Positions 23,616 through 29,336 of a stretch of 29,336 nucleotides of DNA are shown in pieces. The position numbers and the translations under genes were made by a program. The notes beneath the pieces were generated by a model that saw only the letters and a program-made list of their open reading frames with translations, did no database searches and was not told the DNA's origin. Source of the stretch: a virus. Its lineage: Duplodnaviria; Caudoviricetes. Position 1 is the stretch's first letter. Every line of letters begins with the position of its first letter. The stretch lies in IMG/VR virus record IMGVR_UViG_3300027362_000021, positions 1-29,336 of that record, one strand, 5' to 3'.

Positions 23616-25678
23616 ACAAACTCCTCGTTGCCGTCGAGTCTTGGACTCGTCTTCCTCTCCATTCGTGGGTCCCGATCGCCTGCCCATGGTCCGAAGTCGG
23701 GGGTGAACAAGCGCCCAGCTTGCTCCAATTCACCACACTCGCCGGCGCTCGAGCACCCGCGTTACGAGGCGGCAAGGCGGGCAAGCACACCCGCTTCTAC
23801 CTCGCCCAAGTGGCGATCGGGGGCGAGGGACGCGTGGAAGGCACCCTTACTGCTGCCCCAGACTCGCCTGTCGGACCCATGCAGGTCCACCCATGGTGCC
23901 GTGACGTCGTGCCGCAAGACGCCTTCGACATCGACGTCGACAACATCTCCCTCGGTGTTCCACGGCCCTTCCTCGAGTACAGCGAACCCGGCGAACAGCA
24001 TTTCCGCCTTGAGTACCGCAACCCTCCAGGGCTGGCCATGGGGATCAACGCCCGGGTCTGGTTGACGTTCCGCCACCTGAGTCCGGTAGTGGAAGTGACA
24101 GGCTTCGTGGCGTGGAGCTCGCGTCACGACCCACGCTGGGAGCGCGAGTTCAACCACATCCGCCTGCGGACGAAGCATCCCCTCGCCCTCGACTACTCCG
24201 AGCCCGACGGGCACCCCAGTGCAGGCAAGCTGCCGCAGAGCCGCGACGCAGACGGCTCCTGGTCCTACTACCTCGCTGACCGCGTAGGCTTCGTCGAGGG
24301 CAGCGCTTACCCCTTCGTGGGGCGCATGCTCTGCGGACCCTCCCCTGCCGAGCTCCAGGAAATAAATCCGTTCGCCTTGCCGCACGGTCCGGAGGGTCAA
24401 ATTCTCCAGGACTTGAAAAACCTCACCGCGGCCGCGGATGGTTGGGCGCACGGGTTCTCAGATAAATGGAATGGCCAGCTACTCGCGGGCCGGACCATCG
24501 GCGCCGGCGACCCGGCCGTCTGCCTCATCGACCGCACCCCAGGCTCGATCTTCGACGAACGCCCCAGCGGCCTGGCGAAGGAACCTGGCCGCAGCGGAGG
24601 ACAAGGCGACTTCGCTTTCGTAAAGAGCCATCGGGCGCTGCTCCACGGGCAGGCGCGGTGGGTTCACGGCGGGCTTCGAACCGCCCTATCGGAGTGTCTC
24701 CGTGGCTACCTGCACTTCGAAGCCAACGGAGACAGACTCAGTACAAATAGACCAATAAGCACGGTCTCCTGGAACTCGACAGTTCACTGGCACACGGGAC
24801 TCAGTCCGTATCAGCTCGACAAGCTGGGCCCACGAACAACCGTAGCAAACCGCGGCTGGCAAACTGCGGATGAAGAACACGACAGTGCCAACGTCTTTGC
24901 AGCAGCGTATGCGCTCACCGGCAACCCTGTGTTGCGCACGATTATGCAACACCGTGCGGAGATGGATGCTTGCGAAGTCCGCTTCATCAAGGACTGGGGC
25001 TTCGGCGCGCCGCGCGCGTTCGGTCGCCGTGCGCAGAGGATGGCGAACTTCTATACCCTCGCCGAAACCAACAGTGACGAGCGACAGATCTGGGCGCAGC
25101 AGCTGCAACAGCTGGCACTCCGGTGTGAGAGGACCTGGCGCGGCGGTAAGGCAGGCGGTCCGATCAAGATCCTCGATTACCAATTAGATCCGCGAGTCGA
25201 GATCTTTGGTCCTGACGGTAAGCCGTTACCCGGAGTCAAGTGGTGGGAGCATGGCCTGGTGGTAGTAGGCTGCGTGTGTGCAGCGGAAGCAGGTTTCGAA
25301 GACTACAAGCGCATCGGCGGCGCCGTTGCACGGTCGATGGTCAAGTACGCCTACCGCAAGCGTGGTAGCCAGTGGTTCGTGCCGGATGCGGACTACTACC
25401 CGGTACCTGGCCAGCCGCAACACCCGGACTTGCCGCAGGTGACGACGGTCGCGGAAGAAGGTTTTTCACACCCGGAGTTCGACCAGCTCGCCACGCACTC
25501 CACGATCGAGGTCTGGATCTTCCCTGCGGTCCTCGCGTTCCTTCGCTGGTTCGGACCCACCGATCCGGACCATGCTCGCGCGATGGAGATCGCGAAGGAC
25601 TACGTACGCCGCTACGGCAAACTCAACGATGAGTGGTGGTCGATCAACCCCCAGGTCTACGAGATCTTGAGTCCTTGA
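23612..25678 (+). CDS. Large protein, beta-rich N-terminus plus probable alpha/alpha-barrel (glycan lyase/hydrolase-like) C-terminus
   Basis: 688 aa from ATG 23612. Trp/His-rich motifs GGQGDF, DEEH, YALTGNP, PRAFGR and WWEHG spaced like helical-toroid repeats; function inferred. Confidence 0.6.
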   Translation: MNKLLVAVESWTRLPLHSWVPIACPWSEVGGEQAPSLLQFTTLAGARAPALRGGKAGKHTRFYLAQVAIGGEGRVEGTLTAAPDSPVGPMQVHPWCRDVVPQDAFDIDVDNISLGVPRPFLEYSEPGEQHFRLEYRNPPGLAMGINARVWLTFRHLSPVVEVTGFVAWSSRHDPRWEREFNHIRLRTKHPLALDYSEPDGHPSAGKLPQSRDADGSWSYYLADRVGFVEGSAYPFVGRMLCGPSPAELQEINPFALPHGPEGQILQDLKNLTAAADGWAHGFSDKWNGQLLAGRTIGAGDPAVCLIDRTPGSIFDERPSGLAKEPGRSGGQGDFAFVKSHRALLHGQARWVHGGLRTALSECLRGYLHFEANGDRLSTNRPISTVSWNSTVHWHTGLSPYQLDKLGPRTTVANRGWQTADEEHDSANVFAAAYALTGNPVLRTIMQHRAEMDACEVRFIKDWGFGAPRAFGRRAQRMANFYTLAETNSDERQIWAQQLQQLALRCERTWRGGKAGGPIKILDYQLDPRVEIFGPDGKPLPGVKWWEHGLVVVGCVCAAEAGFEDYKRIGGAVARSMVKYAYRKRGSQWFVPDADYYPVPGQPQHPDLPQVTTVAEEGFSHPEFDQLATHSTIEVWIFPAVLAFLRWFGPTDPDHARAMEIAKDYVRRYGKLNDEWWSINPQVYEILSP

Positions 25679-25734
25679 ACTTCTTTCCACCGCCGTTATA
25701 GATTCCGCCACAAGGACGACGACCCTTGACCTGG

Positions 25735-25774
25735 GGAGGCCGCGCACGTTTCGACGTGAGCGGCCTTCTTTTTT
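25735..25774 (+). terminator. Intrinsic terminator
   Basis: ggaggccgcgcacg-tttcga-cgtgagcggccttc-TTTTTT. Confidence 0.85.
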
Positions 25775-25839
25775 CCGCCGCACTCGCTACCTTCGAAGCG
25801 TCGCTGAGTTCGTCGTCCCTAGCGTCGTTCCAGGTCGTC

Positions 25840-28407
25840 ATGGCAGAGAGCGCTGGCGCCGCCACGCTGATCGTCTTCCCGTCTCGTGAGACCAAGGGAC
25901 TCGAATCCCTCGCTCAAGATCAGCCGCGGCGCTACGGCCGCGCGGTGACGCTGCAGGAGGCACTCGAACTCGAGTGGCCAACGGACGCGCACGCGGCTAC
26001 CTACGCGCCGGACCACGCCACGCCACGCGAACGGCGCAAGGGCTGGCCACGGATGCGGAAGTCTGTGCTTGCAAGCGTGCGGGCCAAGAAGCGCGATCTG
26101 GTCGCGGACCTGATGCTCTTTGACCTCGACAACCCTGGCCACGCGGTTCACAATGACGAGAGCTTCGCGCGCGGCATCGAGCGCATCGACGACCTACCCG
26201 AGCACCTACGCCCCATGGCATGGTACTCGACGCGCGCCGGCTGGCGCTACTGCTACACGCTCAACGAACCGTTACCGGTCGATGAGTTCGAAACGGCGCA
26301 CCGGGGCTGGAAGGAGGTGCTACAGGCAGCAGGCCTCCCTGTGGACCTGGAGTGCGCCAGCGACTGGACGCACCTCTACCGCATGCCCCGGGTCCTGCGC
26401 GACGGGGAGAGAACGTCGGCTTCCCGCTACTTCTACTGCTCTGAGATCGAAGACCGAAGACTCGACATCGCCAAGATCCCGCGCCGCGGACGCCTGAGCA
26501 AGGTGCCGAGCCCAGCGTCCGCGGAAGGCTGGCCAGAGAACCGACCCCAAGGCGACGACCTCGCGGTTTACCTGAACGACGGCAGCGATTTCATCAAGTC
26601 GGCACGGAGGGTACTGCGCAGCAGAGGCACCTACGCCATCGTCTTTGAAGGGTCACCGCTCGGCGCGAAAGGTGATCGCGACGTGACGATGTTCGGTGCG
26701 GTGAGGCAGATCTTCGAGGCTCTACAGCAGGGCGCCAAGGACTACGCCGATCCGCCCCACGTGTACGCACTGCTCTACCGGGCAGTTTCTGAACTAGAAC
26801 CGGATGAAGGCAAAGATTGGCTGGTTGTCTTGTGGGAGAAAGCGGTGCGCGAATGGCAGCACCAACAGGGCAAGCTGACAACACAAGTAAAAGGGAATGA
26901 CAGTGAAGGAGACCACCAACGGGACCTCCGATGCTTTGCGACGATGCGGACGATTTACAACGGGGAGATGCCGCAAGATGAACGGGAAGCCATAAACTGG
27001 ATATCGCAACGGCGGCTGCTGGTGCATAAGACGGAGGTGTATTTACTGAACCCCCACACCGGTTACTACCACGACTTCCCGTGTGGCAGAGATGACTACG
27101 TTGGAATGTTGCGGTCCCTCAAGGCTACTAGCTTTCTACCGTGGGCCAACGTCACTAAAGAAGACGTAGTTACTGCACGAAGATTCGTCGACGTGGTTGT
27201 AGATGCAGGACTGCCAATCAGCAATGTAATCTATAGGCCTACCAGATTCCCCGTTCCTGGAGGCTGGCTTGAAGGGAGGGACCTTTGCTTCCCAGCCTAC
27301 CATCTACGAGAAGATCTAGAGCCGCGCCGCTCCGAGCAAGTAGACGAATGGTACAGCGCGCTCTTCGGCGTGCAAAAAGAATTAGCTGAAGCCTACATAG
27401 TCCGCGCGTTGGACGTATGCGCAGGACCCATACCTGCGCTGTGTGCTTACGGTCCGCCTGGATGCGGCAAAACTCTCTTCGTGCGGGGGATGGCTGAATG
27501 CTACAGCAACGAAGTCGCCGCCTCTGGTCACACCGAACTGGCTACTTCCTATCAAACGCGAGACCTCCTGAAGACTCCTTTTGTCTGGTTTGATGAAGGC
27601 TTTCCCATAACCAAACAAGACTTCTCTCTCATTTTCCGCCAATGGGTTGGAGGCACCTCTATAGTAATAAATGAAAAGTTCCGTGCAGCCCAACAGATCC
27701 AAACGGCACCAAGAGTTATCTCAACCGGCAACCATCCAGACATGTTAGCTGCGTTCTCTGGAGACAAACGCATTCTCTCCCAAGACGACACCGAGGCGCT
27801 CGCTCAACGTATCTTAGTTCTCACCATGAGAGGCAACGCTTCCAAACTCCTCGAAGAACGGGGCGGATTCCAATATACCCGCGGATGGATCAGAGAAGGC
27901 AACCGCCACGAATGCCCCTATACCGTGGCACGGCATAATCTATGGCTCTACAACCACCTGGATCGAAAACCTTTGGGCGGCCGTTTTTTGATGATCGGAA
28001 ATGCTTTCGATCACATCTCACGGGAACTGCGAACACGATCAGGGGCAGCGCCCGAGGTTCTCCGTGCATTGATTCAGTTGCTGACTCAGATATCGAAAAG
28101 GAGAAGTCTTTGCGCTGACGCAATAGCTATAGAGAACGGCTACATATACGTAACGTTGAACGGTGTGGTTCAGCACATCTCCCGTCATCAAGCAGAGTTC
28201 TCATACCGCCACCTGACGGAGAAGATCGTAGCTAGCGTCCTTTCTGCAAACGGCAGTACGCCACCAGACAGCAGCGATGTCAAAATCGCGAGCAACAAGC
28301 GACGACGCCGGGCCAGGTGGTGGCTGGTCGATGCGTGGAACCTCATGGAGTACGCGCAAGAGATCGGTCTCGACAGCACTCCGATAGGTGAGCTGGTCGA
28401 TGCGTGA
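25840..28407 (+). CDS. Primase-helicase (N-terminal AEP/prim-pol-like domain, C-terminal SF3-like P-loop helicase)
   Basis: FDLD and YSTRAG.R primase motifs; Walker A GPPGCGKT, Walker B VWFDE, motif C ISTGN. ATG 25840 preferred because the track start lies upstream of a terminator. Confidence 0.85.
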   Translation: MAESAGAATLIVFPSRETKGLESLAQDQPRRYGRAVTLQEALELEWPTDAHAATYAPDHATPRERRKGWPRMRKSVLASVRAKKRDLVADLMLFDLDNPGHAVHNDESFARGIERIDDLPEHLRPMAWYSTRAGWRYCYTLNEPLPVDEFETAHRGWKEVLQAAGLPVDLECASDWTHLYRMPRVLRDGERTSASRYFYCSEIEDRRLDIAKIPRRGRLSKVPSPASAEGWPENRPQGDDLAVYLNDGSDFIKSARRVLRSRGTYAIVFEGSPLGAKGDRDVTMFGAVRQIFEALQQGAKDYADPPHVYALLYRAVSELEPDEGKDWLVVLWEKAVREWQHQQGKLTTQVKGNDSEGDHQRDLRCFATMRTIYNGEMPQDEREAINWISQRRLLVHKTEVYLLNPHTGYYHDFPCGRDDYVGMLRSLKATSFLPWANVTKEDVVTARRFVDVVVDAGLPISNVIYRPTRFPVPGGWLEGRDLCFPAYHLREDLEPRRSEQVDEWYSALFGVQKELAEAYIVRALDVCAGPIPALCAYGPPGCGKTLFVRGMAECYSNEVAASGHTELATSYQTRDLLKTPFVWFDEGFPITKQDFSLIFRQWVGGTSIVINEKFRAAQQIQTAPRVISTGNHPDMLAAFSGDKRILSQDDTEALAQRILVLTMRGNASKLLEERGGFQYTRGWIREGNRHECPYTVARHNLWLYNHLDRKPLGGRFLMIGNAFDHISRELRTRSGAAPEVLRALIQLLTQISKRRSLCADAIAIENGYIYVTLNGVVQHISRHQAEFSYRHLTEKIVASVLSANGSTPPDSSDVKIASNKRRRRARWWLVDAWNLMEYAQEIGLDSTPIGELVDA

Positions 28408-29272
28408 CCCTCCGGATACCTTCAAGGTGTCGCCTAGCCAGCTGGAGGCGTGGCTCACCTGTCCTCGCCTGCACTTCGGCAAGTGGACGTTGAAGCTGCC
28501 TACCATCGACCGCGGTTACGGACACTTCGGCACCGTTCTGCACGCCGTGGCTGAGCGCTGGCTCGACGGCGACGATCGCGGCCGCAGGCCTGACGGTCTG
28601 CCGGTCGACCTCTACCCCGAGGGCTGGGAGTGGGCATGCAACCGCTTCACGGGACGGAGAGAGCATCGCCTTCAGCCCCTCGAGCGGGACCACGTGCGCC
28701 GCGTGTTCGAAGATGCTGTGGAGTCAGGGCGCCTCAAGCGCTGGCAGGGCCGCCAGATCGAGGTGCTGATGACCCGCAAGGTTGGCAAGCGGGCCCAAGC
28801 CAACGCCTACATCGACGTCCTGTTGCCCCGCGGGGTTCTCGATCACAAGTCGCTAGGTAACCCCCGCTACCGCAAGAGCGAGCGGCAGTTGCGTGAAGAC
28901 GTGCAGATGAACTTCTACGCGGGCGAGGTGCTCGAGCGGAACCCGCGCCTCAAGGAGGTGCACCTGGCGCACCTCTACTACTCGAAGAACCCGGCCGATC
29001 GGCAGAACCTCACCAAGCTGGTGCAGACCTCGGTCACCGCCGACCACGTGGCGGCGTGGTGGCAGATCTTCGAGGATGTCGTCGACCGGATGGCGGCCTT
29101 GCGCGAGCAGAAGAACCGGCCCTGGTTCGAGGTGCAGGGACCGACCGACTACGCAAAAGCCTGCAACCAGTACGGGGGGTGCGACTTCCGATCGGTCTGC
29201 ACTCGAAAAGAGAGTCTCGTTCGCTACACTCGCCGCGTCCAGACCATAACTCAGAAAGGAACCAAAACGTGA
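28400..29272 (+). CDS. PD-(D/E)XK nuclease (RecB/Cas4-like exonuclease)
   Basis: SPSQL..W..CP, FGTVLH, IDV...DHKS, QM.FY and C..YGGC.FR.VC (four Cys, possible Fe-S cluster). Start ATG 28400 or GTG 28388. Confidence 0.88.
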   Translation: MRDPPDTFKVSPSQLEAWLTCPRLHFGKWTLKLPTIDRGYGHFGTVLHAVAERWLDGDDRGRRPDGLPVDLYPEGWEWACNRFTGRREHRLQPLERDHVRRVFEDAVESGRLKRWQGRQIEVLMTRKVGKRAQANAYIDVLLPRGVLDHKSLGNPRYRKSERQLREDVQMNFYAGEVLERNPRLKEVHLAHLYYSKNPADRQNLTKLVQTSVTADHVAAWWQIFEDVVDRMAALREQKNRPWFEVQGPTDYAKACNQYGGCDFRSVCTRKESLVRYTRRVQTITQKGTKT

Positions 29273-29336
29273 GCTTGTTCGATTCGCTCGTTGATGACGA
29301 AGAAAAGGCGCCTCCGAAGAAGGCTAAAAAGGTTCA
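29269..29336 (+). CDS. Start of next gene (partial)
   Basis: AAAGGA RBS, GTGA overlap; MSLFDSLVDDEEKAPPKKAKKV, open to the window end. Confidence 0.65.
   Translation, partial: MSLFDSLVDDEEKAPPKKAKKV

Noticed and set aside
25726-25839. Upstream TTG start of the primase-helicase
   Set aside because: The extension crosses a clear intrinsic terminator at 25735-25774.
28400-29272. Cas4-like nuclease as part of a CRISPR system
   Set aside because: No cas1/cas2 or array; PD-(D/E)XK exonucleases are routine in phage replication modules.

Overview
This window is a 29.3-kb segment of a GC-rich tailed dsDNA phage (siphovirus-like); no integrase or host genes are visible. From left to right it holds: (1) a + strand tail module (1-12.3 kb: tape measure, two paralogous beta-rich virion proteins, repeat-bearing distal-tail-like protein, DUF2163/BR0599-like, NlpC/P60, tail-tip protein, small fibre); (2) small membrane proteins (holin candidates) and an isolated HK97-gp10-like gene; (3) a - strand cluster (RuvC, DUF6378-like, RHH-like, zinc-finger and small ORFs); (4) a ~1.2-kb AT-rich non-coding region packed with TTTATNT motifs and paired palindromes (origin or packaging candidate); (5) a second - strand cluster of small early-type genes; (6) a tandem-repeat intergenic region; (7) a + strand block with a ~690-aa probable alpha/alpha-barrel protein, a primase-helicase and a PD-(D/E)XK nuclease. 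The most striking observation is five copies of a sigma-28 (FliA/SigD)-like promoter, T(C/A)AAG-N15/16-GCCGAWAN, in the early cluster. Each sits exactly 7 nt upstream of an ATG, which implies leaderless mRNAs under a flagellar-type sigma factor. All product calls come from motif recognition by eye and from synteny, not from database searches.
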